From NCBI GenBank assembly GCA_951406725.2, contig OX597827.1, forward strand, positions 52,762,001 to 52,826,000: 64,000 nt of DNA. The letters run 5' to 3'. Positions 38,728-52,904 of this stretch are shown in pieces. The position numbers and the translations under genes were made by a program. The DNA is from Octopus vulgaris (taxonomy: Eukaryota). Numbering within the stretch: the first letter of the stretch is position 1; each line of letters begins with the position of its first letter. Below the pieces are notes generated by a model. It was not told the DNA's origin. It made no database searches and was given only the letters and a program-made list of their open reading frames with translations.

Positions 38728-39460
38728 CACCATCATTTAATGTCCACTGTCCATGCTGGCATGGGTTGAACGGTTTGACCAGAGCTGGCAATCTGGGGAG
38801 CTGCACCAGACTCCAGTCTGATTTGGCAAGGTTTTTAAGACTATATGCTCTTCTTAACACCAACCACTGTACAAAGTGTGCTAAGTGCTTTTACATGGTA
38901 CCACCACAAGTTCTTTACATCACCAGAAGGGCCAGTCTTAACACTTCTGCTGCGAAGTGTGAGTCTTCTTGAGTACAGCAAGGCACCAGGAATCTTGGTC
39001 CTTTGTCATCTCACCTGAAAGGTTCAGTGACCTGAGGTCATTCTTCAGTACTTTATCCCATGTCTTCCCGAGTGTCCACATGTTCTATCCACTTTGAGAG
39101 ATTGGCACTTTTTTATGGAGCTTTCAACATCCATCCACCTCACATGACCAAACCAGCACAGTCTTCTTTCTTGCACACAGCAACCAATTCCTCTTATACC
39201 TAACTTCTCCCTCAGAACACTAGCACTTTGTTGAACAGGTACATTTACATTACATATCTAGTGGCACATATTAACCTTCCCTTGTCCTCTGCATTCAGGA
39301 CCCACATCTCACTACCTTGTAGAATTGCTGCCTGTATACATGCATCATACAATCTTCCTTTCATGGTCAACACAGGTAACAACTCTCTGAATTTCCTCCA
39401 TCCTATTCTTATTTTAGCTATCACACTCACTCTGCATCCTCCCCCACTATTAATTTCAGT
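38728..39460 (-). mobile_element. RTE-clade LINE 3' fragment (ORF2 C-terminus plus 3' UTR)
   Basis: AKIRIGWRKFRELLPVL..KGRLYDACI..AILQGSEMW remnant contiguous with the (GAT)n-tailed 3' UTR seen throughout the window. Confidence 0.85.
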
Positions 39461-39914
39461 TAATATATTAGGATTGCTTTAATTAAATATACCCTTTTTT
39501 TTTTTCAATTTATAGTGTTCTCTTGGTATCAGTGAGAAATACACTCTTACCTCCTTCTCATCCTTATTATTTTTATTATTATTATTAGAGTAGTTGAAAA
39601 GAGGAAAGAATATAGAACTGTAAGAAATCATCATCATTTGACATCTATTTTTCCATACTTGCCTAGGTTGGACAGAATTTTGTTGAGGCAGACTTTCTAC
39701 AACTAGATACCCTTCCAGTCGTCAACACTCACCTGTTACCAAGCAAGGTAATATTTCACAGAAAATTGAAAGTGAACAACATTGCTTGTATGATGGTGAT
39801 GCTCACTTGCAACCATTACTTGATCTCAAGACAATGGTACACACACACACACACGTAAGTATGTTTGTGTAGGTGTGTGTGTGTTTATATATATATAATG
39901 TATGTATGTATGAT

Positions 39915-40297
39915 TTTTTCTTTTATTTGTTTCAGTCATTTTATTGCAGTCATGCTGGGGCACTGCCTTGAAGAGTTTTTAGTTGAACAAATTGACTCCA
40001 GTACATTTTTTTAAAGCCTAGTATTTATTTTATTGGCCACTTTTGCTGAACTGCTAAGTCATGGGGATATAAACAAACCAACACTGGTTGTCAAGCAGTG
40101 GTGGGGGACAAACACAGACACTGAGACACACGCACACACATATACAAGCTTCTTTCAGTTTCTGTCTACTAAATCCACTCACAAGGCTTTAGTAGGCCCG
40201 AGGCTATAGTAGAAGACACTTGCCCACGGTGCCATGCAGAGTGACTGAACCCAGAACCATGTGGTTGGGAAGCAAGCTTCTTACCACACAACCACGA
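39915..40297 (-). mobile_element. SINE family B
   Basis: Family match. Confidence 0.88.
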
Positions 40298-40323
40298 CTG
40301 ATACATATATATGTATATATATA

Positions 40324-40611
40324 TCATTGTGATCACCGTGACCAACCAGGCTAACAGATGTTGCTATGCATCGCTAGTCACAATGCACTTCGCATTGTTT
40401 TAGCCTTCAAATGATGCCACCCCACTGGCTAAGCGAACAGGCCAACAGAAGAAAGAGCGAGAAAAAGTTGTGGCGAAAGAGTACAGCAGGGATTGCCATC
40501 ACCCCCTGCTGGAGCCTCATGGAGCTTTAGGCGTTTTCACTCAATAAACACCCACAATGCCCAGTCTGGGAATCAAAACTGTGATCCTATGACCACTGGG
40601 CCATTGCACCT

Positions 40612-40615
<4 letters not shown>
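40324..40615 (-). mobile_element. SINE family D, tail type 2
   Basis: Same head; tail shared with 49899-50200. Confidence 0.86.

Positions 40616-40669
<54 letters not shown>
40614..40669. repeat. (CA)n(TA)n microsatellite
   Basis: Direct observation. Confidence 0.95.
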
Positions 40670-40671
<2 letters not shown>

Positions 40672-41692
40672 GACACCCTAGACTATAGTAGAAGACACTA
40701 GCCAATGTAGTGGTAATGAACCCAAGACCACATGATTGAGAAGCAACTTTCCTAATCCCACAACCACACCTGTGCCTATACTTTCCTTCACATTCTGAGT
40801 TCCAAACTTAGCAAGTTCAACTTTGTACTTCAGCCTCTCCAAGACTAATAAATTAAACACCAATGACTGAATTTAATATACCATTACTCTATACATTTGT
40901 AACACATTATCAATGTTAAAAAAAAATTACTGTTATTATTAGCACTGTCATGTTGCTAAATATGACGTCATTGAATTTCCTGGATCCACCTAATAAGATC
41001 AATTAAATCCTGGCTATTAGTAGCTATACTTCCGATGGTAAAAACATGAGGTTTTTTTTTTGCTTGTTTATAGCAATATTTTTATATAAAGTGACAGACA
41101 TCAACTATTTCATCCAACCATCTTAATAGTGTTAAAAATGTGCACTTTTTACAATTCTGGTAGTGGTAGTTGTTTAAAGCCAAGTCACCTCTAATTGAGC
41201 CAGAATTACATTGTCTAATGTATACTTCGCTTTTTAAGGTGGTAAGAAGTGATTTGAAGGTGTTTTGACTGCTATTTCTTGCTAGTCAAGCAATTGCTTA
41301 GAGGCACCTTTGTTGGCTCATTCATACTGGAATATATGTTATCTCTTCCTCTAATAAAATCAAAGGTGATTGCCAGCTCCACATGTGTATGTGTATTGAA
41401 TATAATATGGGAGTAGATTTCTGTATTCCAGCCAATTAGCAGTAAAAATAATACCTCATAGCACAAATACTTTGGAAATATTTGTATGTAAAAGATAGTC
41501 CATTGAGCACAACATTCCCAATACTTACTAACAGTAGAATACTAGTTGGAGCTCCTGTCTTACACAGCAAGTCATTGCTCAACCTAATCAATTTTTTTTC
41601 CTGCCTTTAACCCTCCAACACGGAGTATATGCCACTTATAGTTGAATTCCATGTTGCATAACCTAATCAATAAAATTACTCAAACAACTTAC

Positions 41693-41768
41693 CTGGACTT
41701 TCCAGTTAGCAGCCCCAGGAAATTTGGGAGGTGCTTTTTTCTTCAAAACTTTTCCCTTCAGCTTCTTT
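41693..41768 (-). CDS. Coding exon 2 (A+KKLKGKVLKKKAPPKFPGAANWKVQ)
   Basis: acttacag| acceptor, CAG|gtaagt consensus donor, 76 nt open, phase 2 in and phase 0 out. Confidence 0.8.
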
Positions 41769-42137
41769 CTGTAAGTATATTTAAAATAGAACCATGAATA
41801 TGTGTATTAAGACAATATATCAACAAAACAGCGACAAACATTATACCCCATACGTGATAACAGATTTGAAGTAAGGTAGGTAGGTATGTCAAAACAGGTG
41901 ACATAAGACACAGCAGCTCAAAACTAACATCATGTGGCTGAAATAAATCAACTTTAGAAGATACAGAACAGATGGTGGTTACTAATACTCATTCTATCCA
42001 TAGATATATGATACTGAGGTAAAGTGACAACTTGATTAACTGAAATAAAGAACATTCAAATATTCTTGATAAAGATATCATTCTTATGAGTTCATTGAAG
42101 AAAGCACAACAGAGATTATGGAATATTAAATTAAACT

Positions 42138-42350
42138 TTTCTACTCTAGGCACAAGGCCTGAAATTTTTGGGGAGGGGAGACAGTCAATTAGATCGACCC
42201 CAGTATGCAACTGGTACTTAATTTATCGACACCGAAAGGATGAAATGTAAAGTCGACCTTCGTGAAATTTGAACTCAGAACGTAAAGACAGATGAAATAC
42301 CGCTAAGCATTTCGCCTGGTGTGCTAATGTTTCTGCTAGCTCACCGCCTT
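42138..42350 (-). mobile_element. SINE family A
   Basis: Family match. Confidence 0.88.
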
Positions 42351-42399
42351 GAACATTAAATTATTAAATTAAACTGCAGTTGATGAAGTTGATGTTCAG

Positions 42400-44600
42400 C
42401 TTGTGACTTAACTAGGCTGAAGCTGATAGAAGAGGAGTAAAAGAATTAGTAAGGCAAAGTATTTAATAAGGAGTTTAGGTATAAGTAATATACAGTATGG
42501 ATGACAAGAGGAGGAAAGATGGGCACGCCAGGTTGGCTAAAGTTATGTGAACAGTATTCTTATGTGAATTACGCATGAGCTGTATAGACTGAAATATTTC
42601 TGGATTCTGATGCAGTTTTGATAATGTTTCACCATGAGAGATCATAGGCATAACATTTGTAAACATTTTGATGAATTTAGCCACATCTTGTTCATGTGTA
42701 AGGATAGTGTAATACAGAACTGTTTCCTGGATAGGGATTGTCTTGGTGACTGTTTAAGAAAATGAGACTATCTTTGGAAAAAGTTTTTGAAGTATCTTTT
42801 CATGGAAATAGTGTAATTCTTGCATGAGTGTAATTCTTACATGCAGATAATGCTTCAGAGAGAGGGAAGGAGGGAGGGAGAGAGAGTGTGAGTACGATTA
42901 AGAGGAGTGAATAGTGGTAAATCTTCATAGAAATGGGTCTGTAGTTAGATGGTCATCAATTTAGAGAAGAAAGAGTACAAGAAACAATGAAGCTATGCAG
43001 TATACCAGAATTGGCAGATATAAATTAGAGAAAGAGAACCTGATAGATACATATTGCAGTTAAGTTGTCTATCAGGAAATTTTCAATCCAAAAGAGATGG
43101 ATATAGCCTGTAAGCAGGCAAGATAACTTAACTATTGATACATGATTCAGACATCATCAAAGGCCTCTGATATACATAACAATAATTTTGTGTTTGTCCA
43201 AGTTCTAAAGAATGAGACAGATGGTGTATCATTTAGTAGGGTAAGTCTCTTCTAAGTCTGGTTATAAGGAAGATATACTAATGGCTACTGAGAGAGGTAA
43301 GAGAATGAAGGTAATAAAGTAGATAGTTGATTATGAATGCTTCCATCAGCTTTGAGATGTTGGGAGCAAAGATATCATGTTGCTTGTTGGTTAAGTTTGA
43401 AATGGAACACTGTCATGTGTTTCTGTAGTCTGGAGAAGATACTCCTCAAAAGAGAGAAAAATTGAGAAGTTCAGTAAAAACAGGATCTAGCTCTGGAGCC
43501 CATTGTCAGAAAGTAATAGTATGAATACTGCTGATATTGGTAATTTTATTTCACTGGATGAATGGTTGTGTAAAGCAAAGAATTATGCTGTATATGTGTG
43601 CATCGTAGAGTTGAATGAGCAAGCGTGGTGGCTTTATCTAAAGAAGCACTACTTACAGAACCCTCTCAGCTGAGAAGTGTTAGCCAGGAAGGGTCAATAA
43701 AGTTGGCTGAAACCCTTTTAGAAAAGAACCAGAAGGCTAAGCTGCAGTTAGAAAATAAGGGAACTTGCAGGTAATGTGATTCACAAAGAATATCTTTGTT
43801 TTCTTGATAATCTCTTGCAGAAGTTGCAATGATGGGCAAATGTGTGATTTTTCTAAATTTTTGAGATAGTGTTCTTTGGAAGTACATGTGTAATGTAGCC
43901 ATAAATGAGCCATATAGGGTTGTAAGTTCTGAGTCAACATATGGAAGAGCATATCTAAAAGGTGGCATCATGCATCTTTTTAGCCATCAAGGATGGGTAA
44001 ACGTTTGAAATACATTTACAGCCAAGGATAGTCAACTGACTTGAAGTAATAATGGGTTTATGGGTTGCAGTTATTGTACAGTAGAATGATATAGATTGTA
44101 TTGCCTTCCTTAGGATAAAAATCAAACTATCTAATGAAATCAGAAGTTATGATGACTAGGGTGGCAAAGGCTGGGTTTGGAAGTGAAAAACAGGCCAAAA
44201 GTGTTTAGAGAGTAAGTGTACCAGTTAGTGTACAAGTATAACAATAAGTGAAGATATTAACTAGTACAGGCAGTGCAAAGTGGGTCTCTGATTTGGCTGT
44301 GCTAGTGTGAGAGGAGTCAGAGATTCAAGAGAAGTTGTATGCATTGAAGTTATTGAGGATAATGACTTTAAAGAAAGACGAATTGGGGTAAATGGCACCA
44401 ATGTAAAACAATAGTCAATCAACTGTTGGTGGCTGGAGGAGCTCAGTGTGGAGTAGAGACAATATATTTATTTATAGGAAATAAATACATCTAAAGAAAA
44501 GGCTAAGATACTTTCATGAGAGATTTTTTGCGGAGAGAGTGGTCTGTACATATGTCCAAATATCATCATTCAGAAATATAAACATGTTCTGCTTTTGCTC
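42400..44600 (-). mobile_element. Possible ancient LINE remnant
   Basis: Strand-skewed stretch without SINE matches; faint RT-like remnant (..APELDPV.. near 43470-43510); no intact ORF. Confidence 0.3.
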
Positions 44601-45316
44601 TAAATGTGTACCTAAGCAATAATTAACTCAAGGCAAAAAGAGAAATATAAGCCTGGCAGCCAGAGTCAGGCTGTTGTATTGACATCTAAATGACATCTGA
44701 TTGCTAGGTTTATATTTCTTGCTACTTTGGGCTATTATAAACCAGAAACTTTTTTTACAGCAAATTCTCAACAAAAAAAAATAACCCAACAATAAACAAA
44801 AAAAACTATAAATATCTTAATAATCTAATATTAAACATACAGGCAGATACTATAGACATACTTTGAGGAAAGCTATAAATTCATAGGAAACATCCAGCCT
44901 TTTATACCACCTCTTCCACAAGAAGAGAAAAAAGTCAATAATAATGAATGAATAAACCACATAGAAAATTAGTAAATGAAGAAAAAAATGAAAGAAAGTT
45001 AATGTATTAAAATGAGAAAGAAACAATACTATATGGCCGTATAGTTAAGAAGTTTATTTTGCAACTATATTGTTCTGAGTTCAATCCAACTGTGTGATAA
45101 GGGTCTTTGATCATGGCCATAGATTGGTCAATACCTTGTGTGTGGAATTTGGTAGATGGAAACTGTGCAGAAACCAATCGTGTGTGTGTGTGTGTGTGCA
45201 TATGTGCACAAATGTGTGTGTTTGCATGTATATTTTGCCATAGATTGGCAAAGAGTGTAAAGTGAAAAAATATACATCTATATATATATATAAACATACA
45301 TCTATATGTATACATC

Positions 45317-45368
<52 letters not shown>

Positions 45369-45374
45369 CATGTA

Positions 45375-45817
45375 AATTTAAATTTAAAATAATAAAGGGT
45401 GAAAAATTGAATATAAATTTGATTAGTATGAATTTAAAACCAGTGGTGTAGCATATAAGACCATAGCGAATCTTCTTCTAGCAGAATGGATGTCCAGTTA
45501 CAGTTCATACCTGTTATATAATAGTTTCACTTTAATTAATAGTTTCAGTATTAAAGTGAAAGTATCTGACATTACAATAGAGAGATGTTTTTCTTTCACT
45601 TTTGACATGTAATACTGAAATAGTGGAGAAGATATGATATTGCTGTGGGCTCACCCTAAGCAAGAAGTTTAAAGTTTTTTTTTTTTTTTGCCCATGACAC
45701 TACATGGACCCGAAGTAAGGCATGTATAAAATTTGAATGAAATTGGTTGTGTAGTTCTCAAGTTTTAGGGATTTACACAGACAGACAGACACACATTCTC
45801 AGTTTTATATATATAGA
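45375..45817 (-). mobile_element. Helitron/DINE-like element, 5' part
   Basis: Minus strand begins A|TCTATATATATAAAACTGAGAATGTGTGTCTGTCTGTCTG...AACCAATTTCATTCAAATTTT; the 3' end is lost in the (TA)n tract. Confidence 0.6.
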
Positions 45818-45829
45818 TATATAAATAAA

Positions 45830-46215
45830 ACAGTATGTGTAAAGAGTGTGATGCTATATGGTGGCGAGACATAGATAGCATATAAGCATGATTTACAAAA
45901 TCTGAAAACAAAAAGTGAGACAATTATGATCTTCTGGATCAATTATGATCTACATAGAGGAAAGATGACTGAGCTGGTGCGGGCATATGAAGTAGATGGA
46001 CAATGAGTGAGAGATGAAAAGGTCTGTGAGCACATGGTGAAAAATACTCATGATAGCGTAAACCTAGGGAGACATGGGAAGATCTAAAGATATTCATCAA
46101 CCTTAAAGACAAGATGATAAAGATCAAGATGAGTGGTAATAAGCTGATAAGTATTTCTATCAACTCCATTCTACATGGAAAATCATACATTTAAAGCAAT
46201 AATGGTGATAATGAT
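45830..46215 (+). mobile_element. Highly decayed RTE fragment
   Basis: gtgatgctatatggtggcgagaca (MLYGGET-like), ctggtgcgggcat (W-GH), ending in a gat-rich tail. Confidence 0.5.
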
Positions 46216-46415
46216 GCCCATTAGTTTCTGCTCCAAACCACAACAGGACACAAAAGACATCAACATTGTTAAAGATACAAAGAAATAAGTTAACTGTTAG
46301 ATGTGACCTTCACCAAAAGGAGAGCTATTCTTTATTACATTTAAAAAAAAATTTGTATTGCTGTATGCCAATTTTGGCCATACAGATCTTTCTCAGTTCT
46401 TAGTTTAACTCTACC

Positions 46416-46537
<122 letters not shown>

Positions 46538-47044
46538 AGGGGTGTTCTTAGATAAAGTCTGCAATGGATAAATAAGCAAGGCACCTGCAAATATGTCTTT
46601 GCTGACCAGGCTTTGCTGATTAAATTTACCTTCAACTATAATTAGCTCACAAGTTGTAAGATACCTGCAGGCTGATTGCTATACTTGCAAACTAATACTA
46701 GCAGCAGATCAAGTGATGCAAAAGAAAATAAGACTTTACTTTAAATTCTTACCAAAGAATATAGCATTCATAAAAAAAATTGCTTATATTCTAGTCTCAA
46801 AATATAATTTCAACAGCAACTAAGCAGAGATTGCTAATAGTAAGTAGTTGAGGCTAAAAGTGCGTGAAGTTTGTTAGGAGCTATTAGCTTCAGCACATGT
46901 AAATAAAAGTCTGTGGTTATTTATAGGTAACACCATATGTACATTCAGCATGATGTAACTTGTGTACTGACATGTGTAATGGATCTTGACAGCAAGTAAT
47001 TTTAGAAAGACTGAGATAGTGTGTGCGGATGTATGAGTATGCCT

Positions 47045-47047
<3 letters not shown>

Positions 47048-47094
<47 letters not shown>
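47048..47094. repeat. (AG)n microsatellite
   Basis: Direct observation. Confidence 0.95.
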
Positions 47095-47098
<4 letters not shown>

Positions 47099-47933
47099 AG
47101 GCTGAACACAAACATCAAACTGGATAACAAAAATATTATGTAAGTTGCTTTGAAAGATAAACATTACCAGCGTGACGTAATGTCGCACATATTATGGGAA
47201 CATATTTTGATGAAAATTGTCAGGCACGAAAATTAGAAACAGACAACATCACAAACATTACCAGAGTCAGACAGAATTTCTATCACAAACATGAATTTCT
47301 ATCGTAAGTCCTCAAAGAATTCACATTATCAGTCAAATGGCAATAAAAGAACCTCTATACAATGATTCAATCTGTTAGAAATAGCAAAAATATCTCCCTC
47401 AAATCAGACCCTATTTCCTTAAAATGAAAGAACACATTGGATGATGTTATCAGATACACTAAGTCTGAAAGAAAGAAAGAAAAAATACAAAACAAAAAGG
47501 ATGAATGTGGTTTTAAAGAAAATGGTTTATTGTTTAATCAGAAGGAAGGGAAAATGCTATGACCCTTTGCAATAACTTTGAAACTGATAAAGGAAGTTAT
47601 CTTTTAACCCAGAAATCAAGCTATATGTTTTTATACATATGTAAGTGTATATCTCTCTATCTGCCAGTATGTATGTACATCGTATCTTTTTATATGTCAC
47701 ACACATACACTCATTTTTGGTACACATGGTAACAGGCCAGCTTTATTGTTGTGTATGCCTTACAGTGGGAACTGGATACATTTTATGATAACACTACTAC
47801 AAGAGAAGCTGTCCCCTGCAGAAGGACTAAAGAATTCCTTCCTACTCAGTATTGAGTCTATGTTTCATTTGTATGTCTATATATATAAATGAATGAATGA
47901 CAAAAGAACAGGTATTATGTAATCATCTTCATT

Positions 47934-48013
47934 AGCTTACAGCTGTTTTGGTTACAAAGGAAGAGCTCTCATAGTTGAGTGCCAGTACTACATACTATAG
48001 ATTCATCAGAGCC
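47934..48013 (-). ncRNA. Degenerate hammerhead-like motif with long stem II region
   Basis: GGCT-CTGATGA-[about 50 nt]-aAAAC-AGCT-GTA-AGCT; the G of GAAA is lost. Confidence 0.5.
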
Positions 48014-49683
48014 TTAATGCGTGTGTATGTGTGTGCATGTTACTTGGAACATTGGCATAGATTATAGAATGGAACCATTGATGCCTAAAAATCATACTTC
48101 ACATTTAAAGACCACAGATGAACATTGAAAATAAAACTTATCAGGCTAATAAATCCAGCAAAAAGATATATATGAATCATTTATAAATTAGAAGTGATAT
48201 TAACATCGCTACTTCTATGGAATAACACATTAGCTGTTAGTATATAGTTTTTGCCCACTTGGACATTATAGACTATAACTCTTCAATAATGAAATCATTA
48301 TTAATTCTCTAAGTCTTGCAAGATCAATTACTAAAATATCTGTCCATGAAGTGGAAGGTGTAATATCATATTAGAATCACAAAAAATAATATTGAATTAT
48401 GTTCAAAATTCTCTAATATTCATTGTGTCAGAATGGGTGTAAATGACTCCACAGAAATCTATGATCTTAGATTATCTAATTTACAAGCTATGTACCATCA
48501 TATCAAAAGAGAATTGCATGAAAAGATGCTCTATTTTCTAACTATAAATTCAAGTTGCAGTAAACAGACAAACAGGAAAAATCACCAACTCTTCTTCAAA
48601 AGCAACAGACAACTGACTACTAACTTAGTTATTGCAAACTTCCTTCATGTAACTTTAAACCACTAATACCTATTCCACAAGTCTAATGTGGCAAACTTTA
48701 TATGCATCTTCAAACTACTTTAAAAATTTATAAATAATTTAATTTAAAATAGTTTTCTTAGACTGTCTATTCTCTTTAACAAAAAAATATTTTATAACAT
48801 CTCCAAATACTATAATAATGTTCTCTCTAAAACCAGCCACAAAAACAAAAAAAGACAACACTATATTAAAAACACCCTCTAACAATACAATTAATAGAAA
48901 CAATAAAAACATACATCTATCATTTAATTTAAGAGTTGTGATTCCAATAGTCTATAATTTATTTACTTAGAAAATATTTTCACCCACAACACAGTAACCA
49001 CAAAATCTTGAACAGAAACACTATTAAAATATTTTTCTCTACTACACCCAGATTTGCCTATTTTTACCTACTGAAACATATATAAGCTGAACAAATCCAT
49101 TTTCTACTACAGAAGCCCAAAGAATTGCCCTTCTACACTGTGTTACATAACAAACAGTATATTGCTGCACTATACAAAAAAGAAGTCTTCAAAGGAATAT
49201 GCTGTTCTGTCTTTAGCTAATTCGACTGACACACATACATTAAGGAATCAACACAGAAACAAAGTTATATTTGGATCTTGACAACAAAAAATGAAAATTA
49301 AAAACTAAAGTGGAAAAATATTCTCAAGAGTAACATCTTAGAGTGTTAACAAAAAGCATTACAACTTTTGTACCATAGACAGTTTGGCAATTTTCCTTGC
49401 AAAAATCTTCATCCTGCCAACATAAAGCACTCAAACCATTCACATATTTCCAAGAGTTAATCAACAATGTAAAGAACTAAAACCATCTAATCAATATACC
49501 TACATAAATGCCTACCCTCTGCGTCAAATTCTGCTTATTACTACTAATTTAGTCAAAAAGAACTATTTGCTCTAATATACACTGCTTATTTTTTGTACCA
49601 TAATCCCTGTCACTGGAGTCCATTTGTAGAATACTCACATTTGATTTGTTTATTTTTATATTATATTCATTTTATATGTGTAG

Positions 49684-49846
49684 AGCAGGCACAGGTGTGA
49701 CTGCATGGTAAGAAGCTTGCTTCCCAACCACATGGTTTCAGATTCATTCCCACTGTGTGGCACCTTGGGCCAGTGTCTTCTACTATAACCATGGGCTGAC
49801 CAAAGCCTTGTGAGTAGATTTGGTAGACAGAAACTGAAAGGAGACT

Positions 49847-49899
<53 letters not shown>

Positions 49900-50438
49900 C
49901 ACGTGACCACGTGATCGACCAGACCATCAGATGTTGCTACACATCGCTGGTCACAATGCGTTCGCATTGTTTTAGCCTTCGAATGACGCCACCCCACTGG
50001 CTAAGCGAGCAGGCCAACAGAAGAGTGAGAGAAAAGGTGGTGAAAGAGTACAGCAGGGATCACCACCCCCTGCCGGAGCCTCGTGGAGCTTTTAGGTGTT
50101 TTCGCTCAATAAACACACACAACGCCCAGTCTGGGAATCGAAACCGCAATTCTACGACCGTGAGTCCGCTGCCCTAGCCACTGGGCCATTGCGCCTCCAC
50201 ATATATATATAAATATATACATACATGTGTGTGCCTTTGTGTCTGTGTTTACCCCCCACCAGTACTGGTGTGTTTGTGTCCCTGTAACTTAGTGGTTCAG
50301 CAAATGAGACTGGTAGAATAAGTACCAGACTTTAAAATGAAAATAAGTACTGGGGTCAATTCATTCAACTAAAAATTCTTCAAGGTAGTGCTCCAGCTGG
50401 CCACAGTCTAATGACTGAAACAAGTAAAAGATAAAAGA
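49684..50438 (+). mobile_element. SINE family B with nested SINE-D
   Basis: B head 49684-49850 and B tail about 50220-50438 flank an inverted D copy inside the (TA)n tract. Confidence 0.88.
49899..50200 (-). mobile_element. SINE family D, tail type 2
   Basis: Same head; CpG-rich young copy. Confidence 0.88.
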
Positions 50439-50708
50439 GATATAATTAAAATTCTTTGAATCCATGATGGAACTAAGTTAGGTGAGCCTCAATATTTTTG
50501 CAAGTTTGCTTTATAGTGATTTTCAGGCAAGTTTCCAAATCACAGTGAGGCAAAGCTTCCTAATTATTCACACATTTGGATACATGTTAGCACCTTTAAA
50601 TTTTAGAGAAGTATAAGCAAATGTGTATGTATATGCATAAACATGATAGTAGGTATACATGCAAACATATACATGTGTGGGAGTAGATATGTTTTGAGCT
50701 GTGTAATT

Positions 50709-50871
50709 ATCATCATCATCATTCAGTGTCCATGTTGACATGAGTTGAATGGTTTGACTGGAACTGTTAAGTCAGTGAGTTGTACCAGGCTCCAGTCTGT
50801 TTTGGCTTGGTTTCTACAACTGGATGCCTTTCCTAATGCCAACCACTTCACAGAGTGTACAGGGTGCCTTC
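50709..50871 (-). mobile_element. RTE 3'-UTR repeat (family C) interrupted by mariner
   Basis: Family match; appears to resume after 52050. Confidence 0.78.
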
Positions 50872-50873
50872 TA

Positions 50874-52048
50874 TTGGGTCATCCCATAAATAAAGCAGTT
50901 TTATTATACTTCTTTTATTTTTCAAAATTAAGATAAACAAAGTTCTTTTTTAATCTAAAATATATTCTCCTTCATTTTCTACAATGCTCTTCCATCTATC
51001 TGGTAGAATTGCAAGTCCCCTCTTCCCAAATTCACTGGTCCATGATGAAAAATACTCCTCCAGTGCTGTTCTGATCTTATCTCCAGAATTCATATTTTTT
51101 CCATCCAAATGATTTTGAAGAATAAATGATAATCAGAATATGGTGGGTGGGGCATTGTTTCCCATTCAAACTGCTCCAGCCTTTGGAATGTCATCTTTGC
51201 TGTATATGGCCAAGCATTATCCTGAAGTATTTTTTCTAGTGCTGACTTGCCACTCAAGCTGTTTGGGTTTAAAAGTTCAAAGTGGATTAAACTTTTCGTA
51301 TCCCACCAAGCAGATAACAACATCTTATGGGTGCTGGTGTTTCTCCTCTCCCTACCCACTGTCTTCAGCACTTGACATTTTTATAGAGAACCTATTTCTC
51401 ATCACCTGTCACTATTCAGTCCAAAAAAGGTTCATTCGTGAGACGTGACAGTAAAGAAGAACACACATTCACTCTCTGCATGGAGTTAAACTTGGAAAGT
51501 TTGTGAGGAACCCAATGACCCAATTTGCTGACTTTTCTGATGGCATGCAAGTGTCGATGAATGGTTCAATGACCAAATCCAAGCTTCTCTGCTAGTTCCT
51601 CAACAATTATAATGGGATTTGATTTTGTTCCACCAGGGTTTGCAGTATGTTCTCGTCGAGCTCTACAGATCTTCTAGGACAAGGCTTCTCTTCTAGGCTG
51701 TAGTTTCCAGCTCAGAATTTTTGGAACCACTATTGACACTGGCTTATGCGTATTGTCTGATTCTCATTTACTGCATTAATATTCCTTGCACTTTTCATTG
51801 CATTGTTACCTTTATTGAACTCATAAAGTAAAATATACTGAATATGCTCCTTTGTCATTTCCATTATAACCTTGAAAAAATAACTGTTAAAATCAAACTG
51901 CACTCTTCAAAACTTTCACTAAGAATAAGGACAACGTTAAAATTACTACCTGCTTTCAAAGAAAGTTGATGCAAATAGTTTATCCCATCCTCCTTCAACT
52001 TTTAGTTCATGCAATTGAAAAAACTGCATTATTCATGGGATGACCCAA
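50874..52048 (-). mobile_element. Near-full-length defective mariner transposon
   Basis: TA TSDs; TIRs TTGGGTCATCCCATAAATAA / TTATTCATGGGATGACCCAA; transposase remnants (N-terminal ILLYEFNKG...WFQKF, then WWD, QDNAWPYTAK, HPPYS..DYHLF) with stops and deletions. Confidence 0.93.
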
Positions 52049-52186
52049 TATGTGTCATTGGCATGGCTGCCTTGTACATGTCATCACAGAATGGTTAAAA
52101 GATTATATCTAAAAACTACTATTAGAAAAAATAAAGATACTTCAAAAACATTCATCTTATTTTCAACTAATGCAGTAACTAATATT

Positions 52187-52400
52187 GATTTCGAATTTTG
52201 GTACAAGGCCAGTAATTTCAGAGAAGAGAGCAAGTTGATTACATTGACCCCAGTGTTCAACTGGTACCTCTTTTATTGACTCCAAAAGGATGAAAGGCAA
52301 AGCCAACCTTGGCGAAATTCAAATTCAGAATGTAAAGACCAAAGAAAGACTGCTAAGCATTTAACCCACCATGGTAACAATTCTGCTAACTTACCACTTT
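52187..52400 (-). mobile_element. SINE family A
   Basis: Family match; TSD TGCAGYAACTAATATT. Confidence 0.85.
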
Positions 52401-52863
52401 TGCAGCAACTAATATTAATACTACAAAAGTTCCAATTGGACAATGTTTAAAAATATATAAACTTTAGATAAATATGATGTAGGTTTACAAATTCTAATAT
52501 ACAATACTTAATGTTTACTTGCTACGTTACAAATAAACCTGTAAAAATGAATCACCTCTTCACCCATTTCTTGTATTAGATAACATCTCAATTACATAAA
52601 CAAACCTTTTGAAATCTCTTACAACTTCCTTGAACTTAAAACATTTATCATGTTATTCACAATTCTTTTTAATGTCTGTTAAAACAGACTCACTTGAGTA
52701 ATAATCATCATCAAATTAACAGTTTATACATGGCCCCTCTCATTCACTAGATAATGAAACAAATTCTCTATTTTTGTTAGAATTTTGCAAATTCAGATAA
52801 CGTTAACTAATAAACTCTTTCTACTCCTTCAACCAAACCCTTTATCAATGTACTTCACCTCAC

Positions 52864-52904
<41 letters not shown>

